IMG/VR virus record: IMGVR_UViG_3300037297_000097
Span: 1-51,955 of that record
DNA: 51,955 bases
Strand: one strand, 5' to 3'
Source: a virus
Numbering within the stretch: position 1 is the first letter of the stretch; the number at the start of each line of letters is the position of its first letter. Under the pieces are notes generated by a model that saw nothing but the letters and a program-made list of their open reading frames with translations, was not told the DNA's origin and did no database searches. Positions 17,609 to 26,989 of the stretch are shown here, in pieces. The position numbers were made by a program, and so were the translations under genes.

Positions 17609-20518
17609 CTAAGATTGGGTCATTCCATCGCCACAGATGTTGACTACCAGATTTCGGTTGTCATTGTCGGTGTGGTCATTGTCATTGTATTTGAACCCAA
17701 TCGGTGCACCGGTTCCCGTGTGGAAAAAGATATACTGGTGATTCGGGCTGTAGGTTGGGATACTGCCCGGCTTGCTACCATCAACGACAAACCCATATGT
17801 GCCTGTGTATAGGACGGGTTCGCCGCCCTCTTGATAATTGGTATAAAACGCATCGCCTCTCACACCCGCGCCCGTCCCGTAGTTGGTGGCATTGGCAGCA
17901 AGTTGGGTGGGTATCGTGCCTGTCCCCGTGATGTAGAATTTTGTCACGGTAGCCGCACCACTGTAACTACTGGTGTTCAAATGACAGCGCACAAACAATG
18001 TTAAATCCGTTCGCGGGTTGGCATTGCCACCATAATTATAGGTTTGGTCATTGCCATTCGACATGGCACTAAACGCAATAGCCCCCCCGCGCGCGATATC
18101 ACGCACCGCTGCCAACGCGGGATTAACAAATGACCCTTTGGTAAAATCATAGGTCATGATAGCGCTTGAAATTACGGTGCTGTCAATGGCTAATCCAATA
18201 TTGACAGAGCGCACATTGTTGGAGCCGTCTAATTTGTCATCATGCACCCAGCCAATCCCAGATGACCAGATGCCACTGGCTGGCTCTGACCACCAGGGCG
18301 TACTAGCCGCAAATCCGCAGGCGGACTGGGTGAAATCACATTCAGCCCACCAATCCACATCAGCGATCTTCGCATCGCCTTCGACGCTGACCGCATACGT
18401 ATTGCCAAATGTGGAGAGGCCGTTGGTGGTAACTACATTGCCCGTTCTCATAGATACATTCAAAACCTGACACCCAACGGCTGGCTCAGGCTGCACCGGC
18501 CCCGGTTGGTTATACCCACCGCCGCCGCCCGGTAATTCATAGTCAGGGTCATCAACCGGATAATTCACCAGCGGGTCTAGCGGTTCATTGCCCGCACTCA
18601 GAGGCGGCAAATCTGGGTAGCCCAACTGATTCACGTCGGGGATGATCGTCACCAGATTAGAGAAATAGCCACCTTCTGTAACCGCTTCAAACGTAGCCGT
18701 GACTTCGTAGGTTCCCGTTTCGGCGTTGTAGGCGTAGGCCGTGTCAATGCATAGGAATTTGTCTGCACTGGTGAATGTGCGCCCGCGCGTGTTGTCAGTA
18801 GCCGTAATATCAAAAGCATAGAGTTGCCATGTCGAGGGCACAATCCAGTAAAGTCCCCCGCGCAATGTAACAGTAATCCTGGTTTTGGGGTTGACATAGG
18901 CCAGCGTGTTAGCAACCCGTAACCCCATCTCGGCTTTCGCATCGGCGTCGGAAAGATTGACCTTGAGAATTTGCCCGTTAATGGTGGCCGTTTCCCAACC
19001 GGGCGAAAACGCCATCGCCGGGGCACGTCCCCGATAGGCAATAACCCTATTCAGCGTCGTATTGTAGGTTCCCCCGCCAGCAATCGCTTGCGCGTGGGTC
19101 TCGATATATTCCCAGTTGATGCTCAGATCGCGCATATCCCACGCGCCGCTACCGTCATCAACAGCGAGTGTCATGATGGTATCCAACCCGCCCGCTCCTG
19201 CAATACTGGCGTGGCGTTGAATGGTGGATTGCCCGTCGGCGGCAAATTCAAGCGCGGCATTCTGGCTACCCCCCACATCGTTGACCCATTCCAGAAGTGA
19301 TGACTCGTGAATGGTCAAGGCGTTGAAACGGTAGTCGTCACTGTCTGCGCCAAACGTCAATCCAGATACTGTGAGAAATGTTGAATGCCACGCCAGCAAA
19401 TAGACGATGGTGCGCTTCAGTGTGAGGTTGGTAATCTCACCCCATGCACTGGCGGCGCTATCAGTAACCAGATAGAGCGCCGGGCCGTTCAAGTGGCCTA
19501 ACTGCGTGGCGAATCCCTCTATGGTAAACGTGGTGTCTTTGAGCACTGCATAGCGTTCATCACCGCGCGTCGGGCTATCTTCCATACGCAACCGTCCCAC
19601 AAATGAGACATTTTGCGTGATAGGCGTTGCTGTACCGCCGTAATTGTCTACCGAAACAATCGCGCAGCGCGTTCGATCCAACACCGTATCAACCCCGTCC
19701 CATGCGCGAACAGTAGCGTTGTAGCCGTCCATTGTGGATGCCGTAATGTTGACATCGCCACTATTTAACGCGACAACGTTGCTAGACGTGTCCGTTAACG
19801 AGATGGTGTAAACCTCGAAGGCAAAGTAATTTGAGACATTGTTGTCATCTTCGTGCGTGGCAACTACCCACCGATGCTCATTGGTCGCATAGCCAGGAAA
19901 GGTAATATTGGGTGTTGCCGTTGTACCGCCGCTGTTGATCGTGCCGTCGTCTGCGTCCCATGTCCATGTCCCCTCACTCGCCCCCGATGCTGTAATGTCA
20001 ACGACGGCGCTGAAATCAAATGTCACCGTTGCAGCGCCGCTGGTATCCACATACACCGACTGTAAGCCAGTGATAATCGGCGGCAGGGCTTTAAATGTTA
20101 AATCCCAGTCCTTATACGCCACGTCCGCCGCTGTACGCCGTTCCAGGCGTTCGTGAATGTCGAAATCATAGATAACGGTCACGTAGTCAGTGACGGCGAG
20201 ATCATAGTCTATTTCGTTGATGTAGAACGTTGTAGCGGTGGGAGCCTTGCGGACACGGCCTCGCACAAACGTTGTGGTACGGTAATCTGACGTGCTGCTG
20301 ATGAGCACCGTCATGCCTTGCAGTACGTCGGTATACGCGCCCTGGTCTGTGCCCGACCATTCAAATTCTGCGAACGACGTGGAGCCGTCTACTACAGCGG
20401 CGGGTTGTGTCTGGAATACTACGTCATTGGGACACAGCAATAGAAGCTGAATAAATGCTTGACTCGGTTGTCTAACCTGGGTTAATTGTCCAGCGGATAG
20501 CGTTGATGGGAAGGGCAT
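17609..20518 (-). CDS. Large tail tip / host-specificity protein
   Basis: 969-aa ORF downstream of the tape measure; SD GGAG; Thr/Gly/Asn/Ser-rich, beta-rich composition. Confidence 0.65.
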   Translation of the reverse strand: MPFPSTLSAGQLTQVRQPSQAFIQLLLLCPNDVVFQTQPAAVVDGSTSFAEFEWSGTDQGAYTDVLQGMTVLISSTSDYRTTTFVRGRVRKAPTATTFYINEIDYDLAVTDYVTVIYDFDIHERLERRTAADVAYKDWDLTFKALPPIITGLQSVYVDTSGAATVTFDFSAVVDITASGASEGTWTWDADDGTINSGGTTATPNITFPGYATNEHRWVVATHEDDNNVSNYFAFEVYTISLTDTSSNVVALNSGDVNITASTMDGYNATVRAWDGVDTVLDRTRCAIVSVDNYGGTATPITQNVSFVGRLRMEDSPTRGDERYAVLKDTTFTIEGFATQLGHLNGPALYLVTDSAASAWGEITNLTLKRTIVYLLAWHSTFLTVSGLTFGADSDDYRFNALTIHESSLLEWVNDVGGSQNAALEFAADGQSTIQRHASIAGAGGLDTIMTLAVDDGSGAWDMRDLSINWEYIETHAQAIAGGGTYNTTLNRVIAYRGRAPAMAFSPGWETATINGQILKVNLSDADAKAEMGLRVANTLAYVNPKTRITVTLRGGLYWIVPSTWQLYAFDITATDNTRGRTFTSADKFLCIDTAYAYNAETGTYEVTATFEAVTEGGYFSNLVTIIPDVNQLGYPDLPPLSAGNEPLDPLVNYPVDDPDYELPGGGGGYNQPGPVQPEPAVGCQVLNVSMRTGNVVTTNGLSTFGNTYAVSVEGDAKIADVDWWAECDFTQSACGFAASTPWWSEPASGIWSSGIGWVHDDKLDGSNNVRSVNIGLAIDSTVISSAIMTYDFTKGSFVNPALAAVRDIARGGAIAFSAMSNGNDQTYNYGGNANPRTDLTLFVRCHLNTSSYSGAATVTKFYITGTGTIPTQLAANATNYGTGAGVRGDAFYTNYQEGGEPVLYTGTYGFVVDGSKPGSIPTYSPNHQYIFFHTGTGAPIGFKYNDNDHTDNDNRNLVVNICGDGMTQS

Positions 20519-20530
20519 TCAGACTCCATT

Positions 20531-20555
20531 AAAAAACCGCCTCAGTGGGCGGTTT
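20531..20555 (-). terminator. Intrinsic terminator
   Basis: Minus strand AAACCGCC CACTGA GGCGGTTT followed by TTT; overlaps the stop of the 20542 gene. Confidence 0.65.
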
Positions 20556-20721
20556 CGCATTTTTGCTCTTGCTTGCGCAACTGGCTGTTGATTTGTGCCA
20601 ACCATGCGGGGATATACCCCGCCTCTCGATAAGCTTGCTCCATTGCAAACGCCTCATCATATTTGCGTTGCTGATAGGCTTTGGCGATTTGATTCAATTT
20701 GCGACGCGTTTGTTCACTCAT
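20542..20721 (-). CDS. Hypothetical small protein
   Basis: Start moved to ATG 20721 (MSEQ); ATGAGTGA overlap with the upstream stop. Confidence 0.45.
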   Translation of the reverse strand: MSEQTRRKLNQIAKAYQQRKYDEAFAMEQAYREAGYIPAWLAQINSQLRKQEQKCETAH

Positions 20722-21070
20722 CTTGCACCGCCTCACAGTCTGCCAATACATCCCGCAAGCACATGGCAACCTCAGTAGGGTGTATCTTGTTGGCAGTAAG
20801 CAAACGCGGGCGCGGGGTCTCGTCGGCAGCATAACGCAAGAAAATTAACTGTTCGACAAATTCAATCTGAACTTGTGCCAAATTCAACCTATGGTGCATG
20901 TTGATAGGATGATCTAGAAATGGTTCGGCTTGCTGTATTATAGATTCCGTATCACAAATGAGGCGCTTAAGTTGCGCGATAGCTTGTTCGCGTGGCATAC
21001 CATGAACAGTTGTAAATAATTCGTCATTGGGTGTGTCATCACCAATAGGATAATGCGGCTGGTCACTCAT
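20714..21070 (-). CDS. Hypothetical protein
   Basis: Start moved to ATG 21070 (MSDQ); the same ATGAGTGA junction as at 20721. Confidence 0.5.
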   Translation of the reverse strand: MSDQPHYPIGDDTPNDELFTTVHGMPREQAIAQLKRLICDTESIIQQAEPFLDHPINMHHRLNLAQVQIEFVEQLIFLRYAADETPRPRLLTANKIHPTEVAMCLRDVLADCEAVQDE

Positions 21071-21368
21071 CTTGCAACGCCTTGCCCCGTTCCATATATG
21101 CCCGATAGGCAATGTCCCAGTCAGGATTATTCAACACATCATGTATTAATTCATGGAGGGTTAAATAGGATTTTAAGTCTATTCCCTTCTTTTGCAAATG
21201 CCACCGCACTAACCCGCGCCCACACATTGTCTGATGGGTTTCAAACAACCAATCGACAATGATTTGTGCTACCAATTCATAGTCTGCGATTTTCAGGGCG
21301 ATTTTAGTTAGATCAATTTCTGTGGTATCATGTTTCTGGGACATGGGAACATCACTCCTGTGTCTCAT
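21063..21368 (-). CDS. Hypothetical protein
   Basis: 101-aa ORF; alternative ATG at 21344 behind AGGAG. Confidence 0.5.
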   Translation of the reverse strand: MRHRSDVPMSQKHDTTEIDLTKIALKIADYELVAQIIVDWLFETHQTMCGRGLVRWHLQKKGIDLKSYLTLHELIHDVLNNPDWDIAYRAYMERGKALQDE

Positions 21369-21399
21369 GCGCCCGGATGATCGGGCGCAACCTATTTAC

Positions 21400-21427
21400 A
21401 GTATACCACACTTTTACAGCGCTTCAA
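21400..21427 (-). promoter_or_regulatory. Promoter with extended -10 (TTGAAG, 16 nt, TGgTATACT)
   Basis: Minus strand: TATACT at 21405-21400, TGG at 21408-21406, TTGAAG at 21427-21422. Confidence 0.45.
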
Positions 21428-21860
21428 GGCGCGTGATATGTAACCGCACATTGTCATAGGCTGGCCCGGTAAAACCTGGGGCATACATCGTAACAATAGC
21501 ATTTGGAATATAATCCGCTGCCGTCTTTGGGTCAAGCCACGCTACTGCATTGTAATTGGCATAGCTGCTGCCGCTGTTGAGCGTCGTCTTGACTGTGACA
21601 AAACCCGTATAGGTGGCGCGCAGCAATTCATATTGCGCTACCGTCATAATACGAAATTCAAAATCCTGACGCTGGAAGCCATCATACACCGCCACGCCAT
21701 TTGGCCCGAAGAGCATCTCGCCCTCTTCGTGATATGGTACGGTACGTGGCATAACGAACTTGACACCGTTGCCATCGACAATCGCGTCAAACCGCGTCAA
21801 TCCAGCGGCGTTATTATGCCCGGCGGCAATTTGGGTGTTGGGTGTAATCGTTGCCATCAA
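21414..21860 (-). CDS. Minor tail protein (distal-tail position)
   Basis: Immediately downstream of the tape measure, with overlapping stop/start. Confidence 0.5.
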   Translation of the reverse strand: MMATITPNTQIAAGHNNAAGLTRFDAIVDGNGVKFVMPRTVPYHEEGEMLFGPNGVAVYDGFQRQDFEFRIMTVAQYELLRATYTGFVTVKTTLNSGSSYANYNAVAWLDPKTAADYIPNAIVTMYAPGFTGPAYDNVRLHITRLEAL

Positions 21861-24133
21861 CCAATTCCAATCCGGGCCAATTCTGCGAACAACTCCGTTT
21901 GCATACCAGCGGCTTTCGAGGGGCCAGAACTGCCCCCATTCCCCGCGCTACCTTGCCCCGCTGCAATCGCAGCGCGTTCTTTCCACAACGCCCGTTCCAC
22001 ATTTAGCAACGCCTTTTTACCGGCATTGGCGATTTCCAATTCGCGCCGCAATGCCACACGTGCTTGCTCTAATTGCCGTTGTTTGGCCGTCTGAATATCC
22101 CGCAATTCGCGGTTGGCAGCGGTGCGCTGATCAATGCTTTGGCGGGTGTAATCGGTTTGCCGCTCACGGCGTAACCGCGCATTCTGAAGTTGCATATCAC
22201 GCAGCGCTTCACGGTTGCTGATATCGCGTTCTCGACCTTCATCTTTGGCGGCCTGCTTCTGGTCATCTAATTCACGTTCTGTCTGTTTCGCCAGTTGATC
22301 CAACGACAGAAAATCACGTTCGGCAAGCAAATCCTCTTGCGAACGGCTGGCCTGTTTGATGAGATCGCGCACGGCTCTCGCTTGATCGCGATAGGCCCGC
22401 TGTTCGTCGCTAAACTGCTCCTGTTGCAGATCATACAGGTCTTCACGTTGCGCCAGCGCGTCATCAATGAGTTGGCGCTGATACCCGGTAGACAAATCCT
22501 TGAGGCTGTCTACCAGCTTGGTCTTCGTGTCTTGCGCGGCCTGCCGTGCGGCCCGGCCCGCATCATCAATGGCATTGGCATAGGTAGTATGCGCTTGTGC
22601 GGCGCGTTGGGCGGCTTGCTCGGCTTTGCGCTGCTGTTCTTCAATGGCGCGTTGCTGTTCTTTTTGTGCTTCCCCCAATTCATCCGTTTGTTTAGTGGCC
22701 TTTTCACGTTCAGAAGCCAAGAATTTTTCAGCTTCGGCGGCTTGTTCGGCAGATAAAAGGCCACTTGCTAAGGCCTCTTCAATGGCTATAACTTCACGGG
22801 TTTTTCCAGTTGCCTCCGCTCTTGCGGCAGCTAAGATGGCTTCGACTTCAGCCAATTGCAGCGATTGTTCAACACTTTTTTGAGCAGCATCATTGGCTTC
22901 CAATGCGCCATTAGTCAATGCTTCGTTGAGCGCTTCAATCTCGGCGTCATAGGACTGCATGAGGGTTTCACTGTTTTTGATATCCTCATTGAGTTGGGGA
23001 ATTTGTTTGTTAACCAGTCCCACAACATCACGCGTGACGCCGAGCTTGTCATTGAGTTCATCTTGCCCGGCTTTGAGTTCGTCATAGATGTCTTTTTCTT
23101 TTTCACGTAAGGCGTTGAGTTCCTCTAGCCGCTGTTGCGCGTCTTCACTGGTCAATCCAGCGACGATTTGTTGGTTGACATCGCGCGTGGCCTCAACCGT
23201 AGAGGCCAGGAGTTTGGCTTGTTTCTCAGACTCCTTGCTCAGGGCGTTCATGGCAATTACCACGCCGCCAATTGCCGCCGCGCCAATGCCGAGCGCTAAC
23301 GCTGCTGTGCCCGCACCACCAACAAGCCCAGAGAGTGCCCCCGTCAATCCACCCGCGCCCGACAGGCCCGACACCGCGTCTTTGGCGTTCTGTGCCAACA
23401 ACGGCATCGCTTCGCGCAAATCGGCAACCGCCTCGACACCTTCCAATAACCCGCCAACCGCGCCTAACTGTCCACCGGCAAAGACATCAAACGCGCCGCG
23501 TATTTGGGCGCTACGTCCAGCCACATCCCCGGCAATTTCAGTGCCCGATACCCCGCCACGTCCCGTACGAAAACGCGCAAACTGGGATGCGGCGGATTTT
23601 ATTTCATCTTCCGTCGCGCCAACGCGCTCTAATTGTTTCGCTAGTTTTTTGGCGGCTTTTTCAGCATCTTTCGTTTCTTCAGCCAATTTAGCAGCGTCTC
23701 GCGCTAACTGCTCAATGGCATCTTGACGCCGAATTTTACCCAGTTCACCGGTCAATTGCTGGGTGGCAGTTTTATACTCTTTAGCAGCTTTGGCTTTGTC
23801 TTCTAATGCATTTGCCGCCGCCTCCTCTGCTACCTTTTGTTTTTGCAGCTTTATCAGAACTTTTTGAAGTTCCGATTCATAGGCTAATGCCTGAATCTGA
23901 GCCTTTGCGAGTTCTTCACCCTCAAGTCCTTTCATTTCTAACTTGAGTTGTTCTAGTGCGGCTGTAGTCAGTTCAAAAACGCGCGCTTGTTTTTCAGCAT
24001 CAACTTTAGCCAGGCGTTTTTCCATTTCCAAAAGTTCCCGCTGTGAAGCGGTAACTTCTTCGCCTGCCTTAAGTGTTGCGTCAAGCGTCGGTTTATCTGT
24101 GCGGTATTTGACAAGAATTTCAGATTCAGGCAT
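21857..24133 (-). CDS. Tape measure protein
   Basis: 758 aa, long Ala/Glu/Lys/Gln coiled coils with a central Gly/Ala-rich hydrophobic block; follows the chaperone pair. Confidence 0.85.
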   Translation of the reverse strand: MPESEILVKYRTDKPTLDATLKAGEEVTASQRELLEMEKRLAKVDAEKQARVFELTTAALEQLKLEMKGLEGEELAKAQIQALAYESELQKVLIKLQKQKVAEEAAANALEDKAKAAKEYKTATQQLTGELGKIRRQDAIEQLARDAAKLAEETKDAEKAAKKLAKQLERVGATEDEIKSAASQFARFRTGRGGVSGTEIAGDVAGRSAQIRGAFDVFAGGQLGAVGGLLEGVEAVADLREAMPLLAQNAKDAVSGLSGAGGLTGALSGLVGGAGTAALALGIGAAAIGGVVIAMNALSKESEKQAKLLASTVEATRDVNQQIVAGLTSEDAQQRLEELNALREKEKDIYDELKAGQDELNDKLGVTRDVVGLVNKQIPQLNEDIKNSETLMQSYDAEIEALNEALTNGALEANDAAQKSVEQSLQLAEVEAILAAARAEATGKTREVIAIEEALASGLLSAEQAAEAEKFLASEREKATKQTDELGEAQKEQQRAIEEQQRKAEQAAQRAAQAHTTYANAIDDAGRAARQAAQDTKTKLVDSLKDLSTGYQRQLIDDALAQREDLYDLQQEQFSDEQRAYRDQARAVRDLIKQASRSQEDLLAERDFLSLDQLAKQTERELDDQKQAAKDEGRERDISNREALRDMQLQNARLRRERQTDYTRQSIDQRTAANRELRDIQTAKQRQLEQARVALRRELEIANAGKKALLNVERALWKERAAIAAGQGSAGNGGSSGPSKAAGMQTELFAELARIGIG

Positions 24134-24135
24134 GG

Positions 24136-24408
24136 TTATAGACTCAGGCGTTTAACCTCAGTGTCGGGTTGCTCTTCATAGGCATCTGGATCGGTATACA
24201 ACGTCGGGTTGTCAGGGTCATTGACACGTCGATTTTCATTTTGCCAACGCACCATATCGAAAATGAGGCTTTCCGGTTGGTCAAACAGACCGCCAGCGAA
24301 CGGCAATACATGCCACGCCTCGACGCCAAACACGGCCAATTCGACCAAGAATGTGTCATGATGAAAACCTAGACCGGTGGCATCTGGCGGCGGCGTAGTA
24401 CCCGCCAT
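24136..24408 (-). CDS. Tail assembly chaperone extension (gpT-like, possibly reached by a -1 frameshift)
   Basis: This frame is -1 relative to 24447..24806 and is open from 24492 across the upstream stop at 24447-24449. Confidence 0.5.
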   Translation of the reverse strand: MAGTTPPPDATGLGFHHDTFLVELAVFGVEAWHVLPFAGGLFDQPESLIFDMVRWQNENRRVNDPDNPTLYTDPDAYEEQPDTEVKRLSL

Positions 24409-24446
24409 ACGGGCGCGAATTGCCGCTTGGAACTCACGCCGCCGCG

Positions 24447-24806
24447 TTATGCTTCCGGGTCGTCGGGTTCCATATCGGGGGCTAAAGCCGGATCAACCGG
24501 CGCATCGTATTCTCGCATCGCGCGTTCAATGTCATAGACCGCCCCTGTGGTTGTCGTATTCAGATAGGCTACGAATTTGTCACGCACTACATCAGGCGTA
24601 TCTGAGGGCACAATCAAGTCAAAATCGAGCTTTTTCTTGTGCCCATTCACACGCAAGGACACCGAAGCAAAGTCCAACAATGCCAGATAGATTTCATCGT
24701 CAGTCACGCCGTATTCTACTGCAACATCGGCAAACCAGGGTTGACTTTTCCGCAGAATAGCCGTGCGCTGCATTCGGATGGCCGGGGTAAACGGTTTGAT
24801 CTTCAT
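24447..24806 (-). CDS. Tail assembly chaperone (gpG-like)
   Basis: Position between the major tail and tape measure genes; acidic C-terminus. Confidence 0.6.
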   Translation of the reverse strand: MKIKPFTPAIRMQRTAILRKSQPWFADVAVEYGVTDDEIYLALLDFASVSLRVNGHKKKLDFDLIVPSDTPDVVRDKFVAYLNTTTTGAVYDIERAMREYDAPVDPALAPDMEPDDPEA

Positions 24807-24807
24807 G

Positions 24808-25653
24808 TTAGCTCAAATCCGCTTCCGCCACTTCATAGAGCACCACAATTACCGCGTCGGTAGCTGGCGCTGCCACGAAAGTCAATGTTTTCCCTGATAC
24901 CGCGTATTCAGTGGTGATGGTTTGTTGAACATCATTGACAAACACGTAACACTTTGCGCCTGACACCGCCGTATAATCCAGATTAAAAACCGTTTCAGCA
25001 TTATCCCCGGTGAACCGCTGCATATGCAAAGGGTTGTCAGAATCAATCGGGAAAATAGACGCTGCGGTTGTGCCATGATTGGTTTCACTGACTGTTGACC
25101 ACCCGGTACGATCTGAACGCGATGCATTGATAGAATACTGATACGGTGTATGAGTGCGTTGTTCAATACTTGCGCCCAATGGTTTAATGGTACATCGTGG
25201 TACAAACAGTGACTCCCAACGCGCCACACCGCGCGTCCCGATTTGCCAGGACTTTGCGCGGCGAGACAAGAGTAAACACATTGTCTGACTGGCCCGGTCT
25301 TTGGGATCAAGCACCGACACTTCCGCATCACTGCTCAATACATTGACACTCGTGCCCTGAATCAATGCCTCGAAGGTGTTGTCACGCGCCGCCATTTCAA
25401 AAGCGCCTGAAGGCAGGTTTTCACTGTCAAACTCAAAGGACACCATAGGTTCGTCGTCACCAGTCACCACCTGAATATCAGGTTCCGGGATATTCAGGGG
25501 TAGCGTGCGTGCTCCATTAAGTCGGATCATACCACTACCATCTTGATCGCCTGCTGTGGGAGCCGTTGCTGTGCCGCCGATAAAGTAACCATCGCTATCC
25601 ACTACCCCGTAAAAGAGGTCACGGAAGCCCGCCGCAATTGTAGTTTTAGCCAT
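24808..25653 (-). CDS. Major tail protein with a C-terminal Ig-like domain
   Basis: Position upstream of the chaperones; beta-rich; C-terminal ~80 aa resemble an Ig/FN3 decoration domain. Confidence 0.6.
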   Translation of the reverse strand: MAKTTIAAGFRDLFYGVVDSDGYFIGGTATAPTAGDQDGSGMIRLNGARTLPLNIPEPDIQVVTGDDEPMVSFEFDSENLPSGAFEMAARDNTFEALIQGTSVNVLSSDAEVSVLDPKDRASQTMCLLLSRRAKSWQIGTRGVARWESLFVPRCTIKPLGASIEQRTHTPYQYSINASRSDRTGWSTVSETNHGTTAASIFPIDSDNPLHMQRFTGDNAETVFNLDYTAVSGAKCYVFVNDVQQTITTEYAVSGKTLTFVAAPATDAVIVVLYEVAEADLS

Positions 25654-25671
25654 GTTTTACACTCCTATAGG

Positions 25672-26145
25672 CTAGTAGACACTTCTCATGTAGGGCAGTT
25701 CAAAAGTGAACTCAACTCCTAATTGATTCGATCCAATACCGGCGTTCTGAAACACCACCAGCCCGGTATGCGATACCATACGCATTTCATAATGTAAAAA
25801 ATCCGGGGGGGCGGTGTAACTACCCGCGTCGGTTGTGAGCATCGGGTGAGTACGAAAATAGGTTTGTATATCACCAAGCCAATCAACTAGTTTGTCGGCG
25901 TTCTCGCCATGATAACCACTTTCAAGATGAGCAATCACAAACCGGGCCAACACCTGATGTATGTATTGCTGAATGTCTTCACCGAATTCACTATCATTGA
26001 GCGTCATTGTGCCTAAGCGGTTTGACCAGTACGGGAATGCCCCTTGCTGATACGGCCAGTATGGGGCAGCATCACACCCGGATACCGCCTCCTCCTCCAT
26101 TGCCGCGAATCGCGCCAGCATATCTTGCAGGTAATTACTGGACAT
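25672..26145 (-). CDS. Putative neck / tail terminator protein
   Basis: Synteny only. Confidence 0.45.
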   Translation of the reverse strand: MSSNYLQDMLARFAAMEEEAVSGCDAAPYWPYQQGAFPYWSNRLGTMTLNDSEFGEDIQQYIHQVLARFVIAHLESGYHGENADKLVDWLGDIQTYFRTHPMLTTDAGSYTAPPDFLHYEMRMVSHTGLVVFQNAGIGSNQLGVEFTFELPYMRSVY

Positions 26146-26989
26146 AACTGAACTCCGTTAACACGTTCAGTAATTCTGTTAATAAATCCTGTGGGTAGGT
26201 AATGATGCCAACGCCGTCTAAGGTTTCCACCTGGAACGCCCCCATACGGGTATAGAGCAATGCCGCCTGTCGCGCTGTAACCCGCCGAATACGCTCGTCT
26301 ACCCGGAACGTGGCAATGGCCGCGCCGTTGGTATGAGCCGCCGCTGTGGAACCATTGACACCCCTACGCACGGTCAACACGTTAGTTGTCGTATTGACGG
26401 CGGTTACATCTAACCATTCCGTGCCGATTTGGAGCATATGTCCCGGTGAGAAACGCGGCGTAAAGCCGTCTAAGTCTGCACCATCAGCATCAGCAACCGT
26501 GATACTGGTGACACTGGCATTGATACCCCCAACGTCTTGTACGGTGTCTACGGATTCCCATGCGTTATCGTAGTCATCGTGATACCCCCAGATACCCGTC
26601 ACGTAAAGTTGTTGCTTGAGTGTAGATTGTGTTGGATACCAATCATAGGCACTGTTCGATAACCAGAGCATCGTTGCCACTTCGTTGTCGAGGGTATACA
26701 ATTCTGTTGCGCTGGTGAGCGCGGTTGTTTGCTTGACAACGGCGGTCACATCCAAAATCGGCATACGCAATAGAAAGGTATTGAACGCTGTACTGATGCG
26801 GTCTGTCGTCAGTGGAAACGTGCGTTGTTCGATATAAGGTGCGAAGTAAGGCCGCTTTTTGGGCAGGTTCATGGTGCTGTCAATACGAGCACTCACCTGC
26901 TGAATGAACCGACGTAGTTTCGCGTCATCAAGTGCAGTCTCGGCTTTCAGTTCGCGCTTGGCATCGTCTAGTGTGCAATAATTGGTCAT
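26135..26989 (-). CDS. Putative head-tail connector protein
   Basis: Start moved to ATG 26989 (ATGA overlap); N-terminus MTNYCTLDDAKRELK resembles gp6-like connectors. Confidence 0.5.
   Translation of the reverse strand: MTNYCTLDDAKRELKAETALDDAKLRRFIQQVSARIDSTMNLPKKRPYFAPYIEQRTFPLTTDRISTAFNTFLLRMPILDVTAVVKQTTALTSATELYTLDNEVATMLWLSNSAYDWYPTQSTLKQQLYVTGIWGYHDDYDNAWESVDTVQDVGGINASVTSITVADADGADLDGFTPRFSPGHMLQIGTEWLDVTAVNTTTNVLTVRRGVNGSTAAAHTNGAAIATFRVDERIRRVTARQAALLYTRMGAFQVETLDGVGIITYPQDLLTELLNVLTEFSYVQ

Noticed and set aside
17601-17619. Degenerate CCCAATCTTAGGGGG plus T5 as a firm terminator upstream of the membrane-protein gene
   Set aside because: Only 3-4 base pairs can form and the element overlaps the stop codon of the 969-aa gene. 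I kept it only as a weak, degenerate copy of the motif.
23088-23726. 212-aa plus-strand ORF (and others) opposite the tape measure gene
   Set aside because: It is an Ala/Ser/Pro-rich antisense artefact of the Ala/Glu/Lys-rich tape measure coding frame.
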